Assembly (NCBI GenBank): GCA_030704615.1
Contig: CM060732.1
Coordinates: 8,556,001-8,620,000 of the forward strand
Direction of reading: 5' to 3'
DNA from: Takakia lepidozioides
Lineage: Eukaryota > Plantae > Bryophyta
Length of the DNA stretch: 64,000 bases
Positions 12,894 to 25,153 of this stretch are shown here, one piece after another (within the stretch, counting starts at the first letter, position 1; every line of letters starts with the position of its first letter). Position numbers and translations under genes: made by a program. The notes below the pieces were generated by a model that did not search any database, had not been told where the DNA came from, and worked only from the letters and a program-made list of their open reading frames with translations.

Positions 12894-14088
12894 CACTAGT
12901 ACGGATTAACGTTTTTATGACTATGGATATCACTACATTTGCAGTGATAAGTGCTTTTTTATGACTACCTCACTCTACAGTGACAAACACGAAGTCAGTT
13001 CTACCATGACTACAGAGTGATAAGTGCAAAGTCATGGTCGTCACTGAGGACGTGGCGTGGGATAGTGATGTAGGGTTTGGTGATGTAGTCATAACAAAAA
13101 TAACTACACGACTGTAAGTTATGACTATATCACTACAGTATTGCGCCTACATGGAGAGCCCTCTGTGTGACACGTGGGATCCTTGGGATTTGATATGTGT
13201 ATTCATCTCCATATGGTGCAGTGAACTACACGACTACACGACTACATGTCATGACTACCATGATAACTACATTACTACAGAAGTCCGCCTACATAGTTGT
13301 CTGCGTGACACACGTAATCCCTCTGCTATGACACGTGTCCAAATCGTGAGATGGAGTGTAGTGATGTAGGCGTAACGTTATGACTACATGACTACATTGT
13401 GTGACTGCACTGATGACTACATAACTACTCAGTATATCGTTGAGGATGACATGTGGCACATTTCCTGAATACATGTATGACTACATTACTATGGGTGTGA
13501 CTATATCACTACAACACTACATATGCCACATGGTCTTGTTGGAGTATGTGTGAATGACACGTGTTGGTCATGTAGATTTTAAAATTTGTTGTATATTATT
13601 CAATTTCAAATGACTAATTTAAATAATAAATTAAAGTAAATTGATATGAAATCTAAACAAACCATGTGGAGCTCTCATAAGCACAGCAATTGGCAAAGCA
13701 ATTGGCCCACTATATCAAGACACACCCCCTCTGCAGGGAAGGAGAGCCTTGGTTAATGACCAAAGAGTGGATGCCCAATCCTGCTGGCAGTTGCAAAGAG
13801 TGGCAAAGAAAGATTCTACCACCAACACTGTTGCATAGACTGACAGAAGCACCAATATGATACAGTCTGAAAGACAACTACAATCAAACATGTCATCCAT
13901 AGAATAGCAACATCACAACCACAGCACATACATTCATGTGGTGTTCAAACCAGTCTTTGTATATAAATTCATAAAATAAACTTCATTGTTCAAGCACGAT
14001 GTTGCTAAGCACTTACCTAGAAAAAACTAGATTCAACAAATACTGCTAGAAGTAAGGGCTTTATTGACAAACAAAGCAGTAGCACTTC

Positions 14089-14352
14089 TTAAACCTCATG
14101 TCTCAGTAGCTTCAAACTCCAAAGTGTGGTGCTTCCTACCACATCCCCCAACACAGTATGTTTCTTAACATCGTTGAGATATGGTAAAGGAGCGTTAGTG
14201 ATGTATGCCTCTTTCATGTATATAGCTGCATACTGAGCTGGCACGGCAGGGTAGCCCTCACTTACCTTGCAGCCTTGCAGAGAACATATAATCCCTGATC
14301 CAACCTTTGTCCGTTTGGACATCACGTTAAGGAGCCGAACTTGGTCACCCAC
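14089..14352 (-). pseudogene. En/Spm Tnp1/TnpA-like (DUF8039-type) domain remnant inside the CACTA element
   Basis: GDQVRLLNV..KVGSGII..VPAQYAAIYMKEAY..NAPLPY..LGDVVGSTTLWS fits the VA.G....V.V......LP.P...LG...G..I.W pattern of CACTA accessory proteins (recognised by eye). Confidence 0.5.
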
Positions 14353-15089
14353 CTTAAATTGTCATCCCAGCACCCACCAGCAAAAACATTGAGTGAAAAT
14401 ACCATGCACGCTAGACTACGGAGGTCCAAGCATTACAGTACTTAAGTACCGGGAGGGGGGTTGAAGCTACTAATAGGGATGGATGGAGGGAGGGGAGGGA
14501 GGAAGGGCAGGCAGGAAGGTCTACGGTCAAAAAGTGCAGCAAACAACATACACACACATACACACATACACACACGCATTTCAATTTCTTTCTCTCTACC
14601 TACCTATCCAAAAGGCTATGCCAAACACAAGGTTTTATGAGTACTTTCTGTACCTACCCTTGGCAATAAACTGAAGTAAATCCCTCACAATGGTCTCCCA
14701 CTAGATGCGGAGTCTATGACCACAAGGATACTGCAAACGTGAAGGACGGTAGTCTACACTCCTGTGGCCAGATAAACAAAATTGGAAAAGATATCCAAGG
14801 AATGTCATTGATACGTTGAGTACAAGGTCATGGACTTACACCAAGCTGACTTTCAGGCGGCTGCGAGAACTGCTTGAGAGCGCTACTTTCCAGCTCCTCT
14901 ATTGACTTGTTGACAGCATGGAGCCGCTTCATCACAGGTCCCTATATCTCAAACCATTACAATTTCTTCATTGGCATTACAACCTGAAATACGCTAGTTA
15001 CACAGCTCACTCAAGAGAAACCCAGAGCTCATGCAATTCACAAGCAACCCAAGAATTCCAAATGTGGACCAGACTTACAGTACATTGTT

Positions 15090-15390
15090 ATACCTTCTGA
15101 CGATTACACTGAGCAGAATTGTAGGGCTGTTGTCCAAAGAGAGGCTCAGACTTCAAAAACTGTGGAATACTAGGAGTCTTGCTTGCCCTCTCCAAGAACG
15201 GCCACAACACATTGAGTAGATAGCCATCTTTTGGCCTTGATGATCGCATTTTCCATGGCTTCGGATGTATCCCACTAAATGGAGGATTGTTTGATGTCTT
15301 TCTTGGTGTGTCATCAACAAGAAGTGTCTTCAGGACCCCATTCTGGCCACTCTGCCCACACTCTTGATAGGTTCTTCAAATTCAAATCAT
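15090..15390 (-). pseudogene. Captured fragment of an FCP1/NIF-like (HAD) phosphatase domain
   Basis: LKNLSRVWAEWPEWGP / (frameshift) KTLLVDDTPRKTSNNPPFSGIHPKPW..DGYLLNVLWPFL..LFGQQP matches the K.L..VW...NTLLIDDSP.K...NP pattern at the end of plant FCP1-homology domains. Confidence 0.6.
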
Positions 15391-16299
15391 GCAGATAATA
15401 AATCATAAATACATCCTCAGCCTTGCTGCTAGCAGCTGACACTGACGGTGTGAAGTTTCCAGCAAACACCTGAGCCCTACTTATTACAGTAGCTCCAATT
15501 CTATATTGCATCTGCTTCTCTCTGTAGTCCAACAGCCATTCACCTTTTTGTCTCCATTGTCCCACCATTGACTGGGGTCAGAGTGTTCATTTCAAAGCTT
15601 CTCCTCATCTCAGTTATCTGTTTCTGGATACTTCCTGCGGCCACATCGGTAGTAACTTGTCAAAGTCACTCCAAACCACCACAGATCCACCCAACAAGCT
15701 AACTTACAAAATTCAATATGCATCTCAGGGCCAAGTCTGATGAGAGGGCAAAACAGGCTGAAATAGGTCAAAGAAGAAGGTGCCCTTGCCACATTGTTCT
15801 TGACCTATGGAGGATTTGACCGACCGTCAACCCAAAATGACCTCTTGTGTGTGTTGTTTGTGTTTGTAGTCAGGTAATGTCGGATTGGTCTATGAGAACC
15901 ACCACGGTGCAGCTGAGTAGGCAGAGATTGAAACACGGCCTACTAAGACCAAGCTGACTTTCCCAAGAACCTTGTAAACATCAGGAATACCAAATCATGG
16001 TACTAACAGGAGCCAAGAGCCCACCTTTGCAGGATGGACAAACTTCTTCACATCGTACATTAAGAAAAGCCACACCTTGTGATTGCGGCTGTCCCACCAT
16101 CGTGAAGGATCTTAATAAAACTCATGCCAACTCACACCACGAACAAGCTAACTTGCAGAATTCTACATGAAATTTTAGGGACGACTGTGATAACAGGGCA
16201 AAACAGGGTGAAATGTATTGAAGAAGGTACCTTCATTAACAGCGAATTGTTCTACCAATTGTGTTGCTGCCGCTTCTGTTTCCAGGATGACATCTAGTA

Positions 16300-17240
16300 C
16301 AATTCTAGCTTTGATAATGTCACTATGGACCTCTTTCCTCTTTTCCAGAGCTCCCAGGCTTGCACACGCATTCCAAACACAAACAAATGTAATGTGGTTG
16401 GGCTTCACCGCTTCGCACATCATTTGCTCATATGTCTCCAAAACATTCCTACCACACCTATGCTTGGTAAATCCTTCCAACATAATTCTCCACGTGATAA
16501 AAAAATCATTGAGGCATTATGTTGAACACTTGGTGAGCATCCCTGATGCTCCGGCACTTAACATACATGTTGACAAGGGTGTTGAGTATCAAAAAAATTG
16601 GCGTGAATCCACTTTGGATAATGTGAGTGTGCACCTGCTTTCCACCTTCCAGACCTTCCATCTTGATGCACTTAAGCAAGAGACAGACATACATATCTGA
16701 ATCTGCTGACATGCCTCTTTGGTTTAGAGTCTGTAGAGCCTCTGTCAGGCTGCCTACCGCACAAAGTATCTTTACATGCCCAGAAGTGCCAGAGGAGGCA
16801 TTTGTGGACTCCCTCTCTTGATCCTCTAATTTCAGAAGTTGTGGTCATGGTTGAGGTGCATGATTTTATCAACTGTGCCGCTGCAGCTGTTGCCTTTAGT
16901 TGACCATCTACCCATGCAGGTTTCTTGTAGCTACTAATCCACCTGGAATCAAGGTAATCTGGAGCTTGAAGTCCAGCCCTCTTGGATGAATCTGGACCCA
17001 CACTCTATTCCCGCTCCTTCAGCTATCCATGCCTCTACACAAATCATGCATACATCCTTGCCTTGCAGCTGATAATGACAGCCTAGATTTGTTCTAGGAA
17101 ACACCCAACTTACACTAGTTCTATACTGAATTGCATCTGCTACTCTCCTGTAATCTAACAGGCATTCACCTTTTTGCCTCGATGTCCCACGATTGACTGG
17201 GTTTAGAAAAGTATTCATTCCACAGCTTCTCCTCATATTT
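16300..17240 (-). pseudogene. OSB-type PDF motif followed by PLS-class PPR repeats (captured, decayed)
   Basis: EEKLWNEYFSKPSQSWD (17235-17170), then an intron, then ..WISSYKKPAWVDGQL (~16900), a linker, and YVCLLLKC..GKQVHTHIIQSG..LNTLVNMYVKC.SI.DA.QVF..M / LEGFTKH..ETYEQM..VKPNHITFVCVWNACASLGALEK.KEVH. Confidence 0.75.
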
Positions 17241-17454
17241 GTTACGTGTTCTTGGATACTTTCTTGTTGTCACAGTGGCAGTATCATAGCAAAGTCACTC
17301 CAAACTATATTCACTCAACCAGCTAACTTGCAGAATTCAACAAGGAAATTTAGGGCCGATTCTGATAAGAGGGAAAAACAGGGTGAAATGTGTTGAAGAA
17401 GGTGCCTTGATTACCAGTGCCTGATTTTATCAGTTGTGCTGCTGTTGCTGCGGA

Positions 17455-17555
17455 ATCCAATTGACCATCTACCCATGCAGGTTTCTTGTAGCTATTGATC
17501 CACAGGGAATCATAAGTAATCTTGTGCTTGAAATCTGGCCCTCTTGGATGAATCT
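17455..17555 (-). pseudogene. Exon encoding the core of an OSB-type PDF motif (duplicate copy)
   Basis: After a CAG acceptor: IHPRGPDFKHKITYDSLWINSYKKPAWVDGQLD, containing the diagnostic PDFKHK...LW....P.WV. Confidence 0.8.
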
Positions 17556-17769
17556 GGACCCACTCTCTATCCCTGCTCCTTTAGGTATCTCTGCCTCTCT
17601 GTTCCAGCAAACACCCTAACCCTACTTATCACACAAGTTCCTATGCTGACTTGAGCTTCCAACAGGCATTCACCTTTTTGCACCAACGAGCTAACTTTGT
17701 AGAATTCAACCTGAAAATTTAGGGACGACTCTGATAACAGGGGAAACAGGCTGAAATGTGTTGAAGAAG

Positions 17770-17997
17770 GTGCTCATAGGTCTCCAAAGCCTCCATCCCA
17801 CGCCATTGCTGTGCATATCCTGCAATCATCGCACTCCACGACACCACATCTCGTTCAGCCATTATGTTGAACACTCCCTTTGCATCCTCGATGCACCCAC
17901 ATTTTGCATACATGTCCACGAGAGTACTGTTCAGAATGACATCGGGTACAATTCCAGCTTTGACAATGTCACCATGGACCTCTTTGCCCTTTTCCAA
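17770..17997 (-). pseudogene. PLS-class PPR fragment
   Basis: EKGKEVHGDIVKAGIVPDVILNSTLVDMYAKCGCIEDAKGVFNIMAERDVVSWSAMIAGYAQQ..MEALETYE. Confidence 0.9.
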
Positions 17998-19039
17998 TGA
18001 ATAGTCACCAATGTTTGATGCTCATTACTTGTTTCCTAATAATGTTGTGGAATTTGTTGCAGTGAGTGCCACCCACTTATAATTAAGGAGCCTTGTTCCA
18101 GTTCCTCATGCAAACATGTCGGTCATCTGCTCCGATCCTGGTCATACATTCGTGTTAGCTTTGTATATGAAGCCCTGTAATCTCAGTAAACTTTCAGCTC
18201 CTTGCAATCATTAGATGTTGCATGATGACACTGGTGAGTGTCTCTCGTCATTCTTTCTACAAGTAAGCCCGTCTTGCAACTGCAAACATTCTCTACTTCT
18301 GAGTGTGATGGGTAAAGGGGAAGGAGGAAGGTGGATTTTGATAGGGAACAGAAATAGGAGAGAACACATACCAACCACAGGTTCAGAAAGGAATAAGAGG
18401 GGGCAGTGGTGCGCATGTCAATTACAATAATTTACTTTAGATGATGAGGCTGTAACATGTTGAGGGGGGCAGCAAGGCTGCCGGCTCTTTTGCTGCACAG
18501 CAATGACTCAAAACCGAACTATTTGCAGGATGCTATGCAAGTAAGGTCATAGATGCCCCTCACAGAGAACAAGGGAAGAGAAGGCCGAAGTGAAGATGTA
18601 AAGAGAATTTCCTGCAGGATTACTGCCTTCTTTACACTCTAAATGAATGGTTGAGCTGCTTCTTTTGAACACTTTGACCAATGAAGCAAACTCTCCCTTG
18701 AGCCCTTAGGTTTGGCTACCATACACATAACCAGGATTAACATGAATGACTTCGAGCATCAGTGAAGATTTCGCAGTAAACTCTGACCTAAGAATTTCAA
18801 GGGAAAGTCCAGCACCCACTAGGGCAACTGCTGATGGATTACATTCTGTGGGCAACGTTAGCTTCAGTGATTAAGTAGCTTCAACATGATATTCTTTCAG
18901 ATTATTCTACTTTCCAAACCAAGCATTCTTGTGTCACTGTTGTGCCCACAAGCTAATGGCTTAAATGTGAGATAGAGGCACAAGTGTGTCTGGAAGAGCT
19001 CAATCTGGACTCACAGCAGGTGTAGGTCTGATGGACTCA

Positions 19040-19830
19040 ACCGTTAGGCTTGCACATGCATTGCAAATGCAATCAAATGGATGTGGTCGGGCTTCACCCC
19101 TTCCGCCATCATTTGATCGTAGGTCTCCAAAGGTTCCTTCCCGCAACGTTGTTAGGCATACCCCGCAAGCATCGTCCAACCATACCGTTGCAAACTCCCT
19201 TTGCATCCTCGATGCACCCACATTTCGCATGCATGTCCACGAGGGTATTGTTCAAATGACGTCAGGTACAATTCCAGCTTTGATGATGTCACCATGAACC
19301 TCTTTGCCCTTTTCTAGGGCTGCCAGGCTCGCACACGCATTGCATATACAAACGAACGTGATCAGGTCTGGCCTTACCCCTTCCCGCATCATTTGCTCAT
19401 AGGTCTCCAATGCCTCCATCCCGCATCCATGCTGGGGAATATCCCGCGATCATCACACTCCAGGACACGACATTTCGTTCAACCAAATTCTCAAACACTC
19501 CCTGTGTATCCTCAATGTCCACGAGGGTATTGTTCGGACATCGGGTACAATTCCAAATTGACAATGGCACCATGGACCTTTTACCCGTCTCCAGGGCTGC
19601 CAGGCTTGCACACGCATTGCAAACTTAAACGAACGTGACCCGGTTCGGCTTCACCCCTTCCCACATTATTTGCTCATACGTCTCCGAAGCCTCAATACCA
19701 CACCCCCGCGCTGTGCATATCCTCGCCCTTCCTGCATCATTTGCTCAAGAATAGGTCGCAAACCCTCAATCCCACGCCCCTGCATTGCATATCCTGCGAT
19801 CATCGCGTTCCATGACACAAGTTCTCACTG
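19040..19830 (-). pseudogene. Frameshifted array of PLS-class PPR repeats
   Basis: Repeated LVSWNAMIAGYAMQG, PDLITFVCICNAC, TLVDMHAKCGCIEDAK and EKGKEVHGDIIKAGIVPDVI motifs across several frames. Confidence 0.85.
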
Positions 19831-20519
19831 CTTCGGCTCGATACTACGAAAACATATGATAGCGCGGGAGACAAAAGGAGGCTAAGTCCCAGCCCTCTGT
19901 GTTCACGGCTGAACGTGGGCAACCCTAAAGCAACTTTTTCAATTTTTTAACTTTTTGCAACTTGTGTCATTCCATTGACACAAGTGTTTCATTAAAGATA
20001 GATGGATGAGGTCATCCAATGGATGAACCCATTCATGTATATGCCTTAAGATGCCACGTGTGGTGATGTAGTCATATAAACAGAGTTGTGAAACCTCTTG
20101 TAGTCATGTAGTCATAAGCTTCTATGGCATGTCATCAATGTGTAGTAGTGGTGTAGTCATTTAGTCATAAGCTTATATGACACGTGTCTGACGTGTAGTA
20201 TTGCGTATGACTACTAGTTATATAAACCAAGCCTATATACTTGGTCAACAATGTTTGACCGCGGCTCCTAGTCATGTAGTAAAATGTATGACTGCATTAG
20301 ATTAAAATATATTAAAATGCACCCAACAAAGGGTTTCATCACTTTGTAGTCACATATATAGTCATGGTTACCAAGGTTTATATCATCCGTAGTCATAAAA
20401 ACGTTAATATGTAGTAGTGACACTAGCCTTAGTACATATGTTGAAATACTATGAGAACCTGGTCTACTCGACACGAATAGAATGGACATTGACTCATCTG
20501 GAATTTTGTTCTTTACGAT

Positions 20520-22770
20520 AATGGGTCCATACCAAGAAGCTTAATGACCTTGTTGAAACTCAACGTTGGTGCATGTATGAAGTCATGTGTTGGTGGAGAT
20601 ACACTTCAAGTGTTTCAGGTAGATATAGTACATATGCTTGCATGGGTAGAAGGCGCATGTCTTCTTCTTCTCCATTATCAAGAAATCCGGACAGTTGCAG
20701 GCAAGATTTTCAGAGGTGGTAATAGTGTACACCTCTTTGCGTGCAACCGATCCAACAGTGGACACTTGGTATACCCGGCCCCACCCTGGCACAAGAACGT
20801 CTTAGTATCCCAGAAGTGTACAAGCCATTCCCACAGCACTGGTCATCCTGGTCTCGTTGTTCTTTGACGGAGGTCGTCTTCTTTTTACTCCTCATCGCAT
20901 TGTAGCATGTGCTGAATTATCCCTCCCATGCCCTCTATTCCGCGTGTTAGAGGGCCCCGCAGGTTCAGGGCGCCCCCCTAGCCTATGGTTTGGTTCTCGG
21001 TCCACCATGTTAAAACCTGTTGCAGTGAGGGCATCAACCTCATCTTGTGTGAGGTTAGTCTCCTTAGACACAGGCCATTTCACGGGGAAATTTGGCATTT
21101 CCTCTATGCCATATTTCGGTTTCCCCTTAACACAAGTCTTGATATTATCCATACAGAACCAGAAGTCTTTGAAGCTCACATCGACAAACTTGGAGTGAAC
21201 AAACCTTTATGTGAACATTGGCGCTGGAACTGTTCCCAAGGGATTGCGACGAATCATCTCATTGCATCTCTTATTCGTATCAACTCTTATAGCACAGCAC
21301 CTTCCCCGGAAGGATGAGTGGGTCCTGCTAATTCTCCACTGAGAACGAGGGACGTCCCGTTCGACAATGGGAATGCCGTGCTGGGTCACAACAGGGGGTT
21401 GCTCGGGAATTATGGAAGTCAAACTTTCTTCACTATGCCCATCGTTAGAGCCACCGGAAGCCGTGTGCGACCCAATTGGACTCAAACTCCGGGGGGTTAT
21501 CTCTGGCAAGACGGAGGGACCACGAGCCCTAGTTCGAATGTTGACATCCGGTTGCCAGGAATCTTCCTCTCCTCCAGGCCGCTCGTTAATTATCCATCAA
21601 ACTGGCCGAGTGCGCACATCCCCCTCCAGAAACTCCCCTATACGATGAAGCGGTGTCCCCTTAATTGTTGATTTTACTGCTTTTGCCCATTTCACAGGGT
21701 CCTTTGAGCGGCTAGCCGTGCGTACCAACAACTCTTCCCTATCAGGTCCGATCCCCCATTGTTTTCCATTTTGGAACTGATAATAGGCAGATTGTTGCTG
21801 AATGGATCTGATGATGTCCTCTGTAGTCGCTGTCAGCAGGTCAACCAAGTGAGTAGCGGATGACGCACGCCAGGAGGAGTGCACGGACTCCGCCATGTTA
21901 GTTGTTGGCATATCTATGTCAGAATCAAGTGTCATATCCTGCAACACATATGAGCAAGGAAGTTTAGGAATGGAGGAACGAAAAACTACATGTCTAAAAA
22001 AGAACATCAACCACTGATTAAATTCTTGTACGACCGGACCTGTCGCATGTAGTTTCCAAATTTCTGGAATCGGTAATGCCACTATGCCATCCAGCTATCC
22101 ATTGACGCCAGTTCTTTCTTGCCCACAGCTCCAGAGGATGCCCACCAAGCTCAGATGGAGGCAAACTCTGAATCGGCCTCATCCAGAGTTGGGGCATCCC
22201 GCCACGCAAGACACATGGCGCGATGGGTGGCCCTATGTTGTGTTGCAATGTACTTCGTAGTATACTGTGTCAAACTTTGCAAGAAATGAAAACCACAAGA
22301 CCTCTCCCGACCATGTAAGGGCACTCCTGGACCCTCTCCATATACCCGACGCACTGCGGCCCAATTGTTGTCGGCCATGAAACCGCAAAATGTGGTAGAG
22401 GGTATCCTGCCTGTAACATCTGCTCGTTGATAGCCTCCCAAAATATGACCTCCAACTCTGTGTCCTCCCCCCTCATTTCACAGATCACTATAGTCATCAG
22501 TTTCCTGCAGTGTGGCTCATAAACATGTGCTGCCATTGTGACCCAGGCGTGGCCCGTTATGCGTTTGATGTGGTCGAACATGACCCCACAATGAGACAGG
22601 TCCCCCGACGTCATGCGGTGAACCAAGTCGACGCCACTGCCAGGACCACATGTAGACATCTTGAATATGTAGCATCTATCTGTATCCGAACCCTGACCTG
22701 GAAATCGGCTCCCGTGGATGAAGTCGTATACTGGAATGCACATCCAGTATCATCGACGTTTAACCATCCC
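20520..22770 (-). mobile_element. Mutator-like (MULE) DDE transposase with C-terminal SWIM zinc finger, frameshifted
   Basis: VMFDHIKR, GFMAD, CGFHF and TTNMAESVH (D/D/CxxH/E MULE signature), plus the SWIM motif YTIT...ACNCPDF...YPCKHMYYI (20583-20792). Confidence 0.8.
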
Positions 22771-22772
22771 AG

Positions 22773-23730
22773 TTCATCCAATAACAACGCAGTTATTGGA
22801 TGTAGAAGGACTACGGCAAGTAAACATCTATCCTTCGGAAGCAGTCAGAAAAAGGTTATTGTATTTGAAATGAGAACTGAAGGATGGACAACTTGAATAT
22901 GACTCACATACATCCAGAGGATCCGTCCAATAACTGCGCAGTTATTGGATGAACAGACAGACTTCTAATAATAATAATTGCGACGTGGATAGCTTTCATC
23001 GTCGCCAACCTCAGAGGTGTTGGACGCCTAAGGATCCAGGGTGTCACGTTCATCCTCATGCATAATCCAATAACATCGCATTTTTTTGTTACCGACCCAT
23101 GGAAACCTGTAACTGCGCAGTTTTTGGATGAAAACGGGCAGGTTATGGACGGATAACGCCAGTGAGGGGTCACATTTACTGCTATGCTCATCCTATAACT
23201 GCGTAGTTATCAGATGAAAACGGGAATGTTATGGGCGGATAACGATGATGGAGGGCACTTTCATCCTATGCCTCATCCAATAAGTGTGTCGTTATTGGAT
23301 GAACAGGGGCTGGGCCAGAAGATCATCCTTCCCTGACAGCAAAAGTAAAAGTATGACGGCTCCCGAAGGGAGCGTAACTTACGGTGTCTCTTCACCACAA
23401 GGGCCACTGCCTTCCAGCTGAAAGGTGGACAAGCAATAACTGCGCATTTTCCTGTACACTCTTTCCTACACGCACCGATTTTCATCCAAAAACGACACTG
23501 TTATTGCTTCTCATGCAAAAGATGCTATTATGGCCCTGTCCCGGTTTATCCAATAACTAAGCAGTTATTGCTTGTCAGAGACAAATTATTGTCTAGCCTA
23601 GTCCCCTTTCATCCAATAACTGCTTGTTTATTGGGGGAACATGAAGATGAATATGACCCATATCCTGTACCCTGTCCCTAAGTGCCCATTTTCATCCAAT
23701 AACTGTGTTAGTTATTGGATGAACAGGAGG
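22773..23730. repeat. Array of ~9 dispersed imperfect palindromes, consensus TTCATCCAATAAC-n(5-8)-GTTATTGGATGAA
   Basis: Copies at about 22773, 22925, 23110, 23189, 23274, 23481, 23548, 23608 and 23692, separated by partly related 50-200-bp spacers. Confidence 0.8.
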
Positions 23731-24041
23731 ATGAATGTGAGCCTATCCTCTAGCCTATACGTGCCCGTTTTTATCACAGAGCATGCCCATGTGAAAACAC
23801 ATATGGCCCACTACCTTTACAGGGTGCGTTCGGTTGGGCAGGCTTCTCTGTCTGACTACGAAACAAGTCTGGACCTTGAAACGTTGAGAAATGCGAACAA
23901 AAAGCGGACCGCACCTGGTATCGTCTCACACTCGCTGCCGTGGTGGAGCACATTTTCTCAGTAAGCCATGTTCTACCTACACCTGCTTTGGATAAATGTT
24001 GTTTCAATTCCAATTTTGATTCACATTGTCTTTGTTTGTAG

Positions 24042-24584
24042 TTGGATATGATGCAAGATCTTGACTATGCGAAGAGGCAGTATATGGAGACTGATCCAGA
24101 CGTGCAAAAGACGTACGAAGGGCTACGAGCAGTATTGGAAATGGGGAAGGCTCGGTCAAAATCAAAATACAAATCGAAGATGGTGAAATATGTGGCCATA
24201 GCGGATCCTGGACTTGGGGAAGGCTTCCTGCCAGAGATATCCATGCATTACTCTAGGGCCATGAAACCGGAAATGGCATTGGAGAAATTGCACCAGCTTT
24301 CCACAGCCCTGGTCGATGGGGCAGAGAAGGTACTATTTTCTTCTGAAATTGTGCTTCAAGTCTTGCTGCTCTCCATCACAAGTTCTAAATAAATGTTTGT
24401 CATTTCCATGCAGACATGCTGGTTGCAGATATGGAACTCGAACAACGCCAATAAGCTGATGTGGGGATTTCCAGCGAAAGATCCTACAGACAAGCAAATG
24501 GACGTGTGGTTGAACAAGATGACATGGTGGTTTCAGGTGCGTGGCTTCCAAATTTTCACATACCGTACTGACCTAGCTTATTAG
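24042..24584 (+). other. Unidentified ORF pair, possibly spliced exons of a TE accessory gene
   Basis: An acceptor-like tgtttgtag precedes the 116-aa ORF, an internal aag|gtac donor and gcag| acceptor could join it to IWNSNNANKLMWGFPAKDP.., and cag|gtgc follows. No family recognised. Confidence 0.3.
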
Positions 24585-24719
24585 GCACTTCCGCCCCTAA
24601 TATTTAATAAAAATGGAATATTATTAGGCAGATTTGTTTTTATTATTTAGGCACCTCACCTAGGTAATTTCCAAACATTAGGCATGTATTACAGTCGACC
24701 CTGGATAATAATCAACAAT

Positions 24720-25108
24720 TGTTTTTTACCTCTCTCAAAAACTATTGTTGAGGTAATTTTCTTTAAAAAAAGCATAATGGTCTTGAAAATAGATATTACC
24801 TCAACAATAGTTTTTGACCTCCCTCAAAAACTATTGTTGAAGTAATTTTCTCTTAAAAAAACATAATGGTCTTGAAAATAGATATTACCTCAATAATTAT
24901 TTTTGACCTCCCTCAAAAACTATTGTTGAGGTTATTTTATTAAAAGAAACATAATGGTCTTGAAAATAGATATTACCTCAACAATTATTTTTTACCTCTC
25001 TCAAAAACTGTTGTTGGTAATTGTCTTTTAAGAAAAACATAATGGTCTTGAAAATAGATATCACCTCAAACATTATTTTTGACCGCCCTCAAAAACAATT
25101 GTTGAGGT

Positions 25109-25153
<45 letters not shown>

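Larger units (their letters stand above)
12894..20419. mobile_element. CACTA (En/Spm) element carrying captured gene fragments (Pack-CACTA)
   Basis: Left end ACA|CACTAGTACGGATTAACGTTTTTATGACTATGGAT; right end reverse complement CACTACTACATATTAACGTTTTTATGACTACGGAT, followed by ACA (20420-20422), giving a 3-bp TSD. Dense subterminal ATGACTAC/GTAGTCAT repeats at 12900-13530 and 20050-20400. Confidence 0.9.

Noticed and set aside
22773-23730. CRISPR array
   Set aside because: Eukaryotic context, degenerate repeats, spacers of uneven length that resemble each other, and no cas genes.
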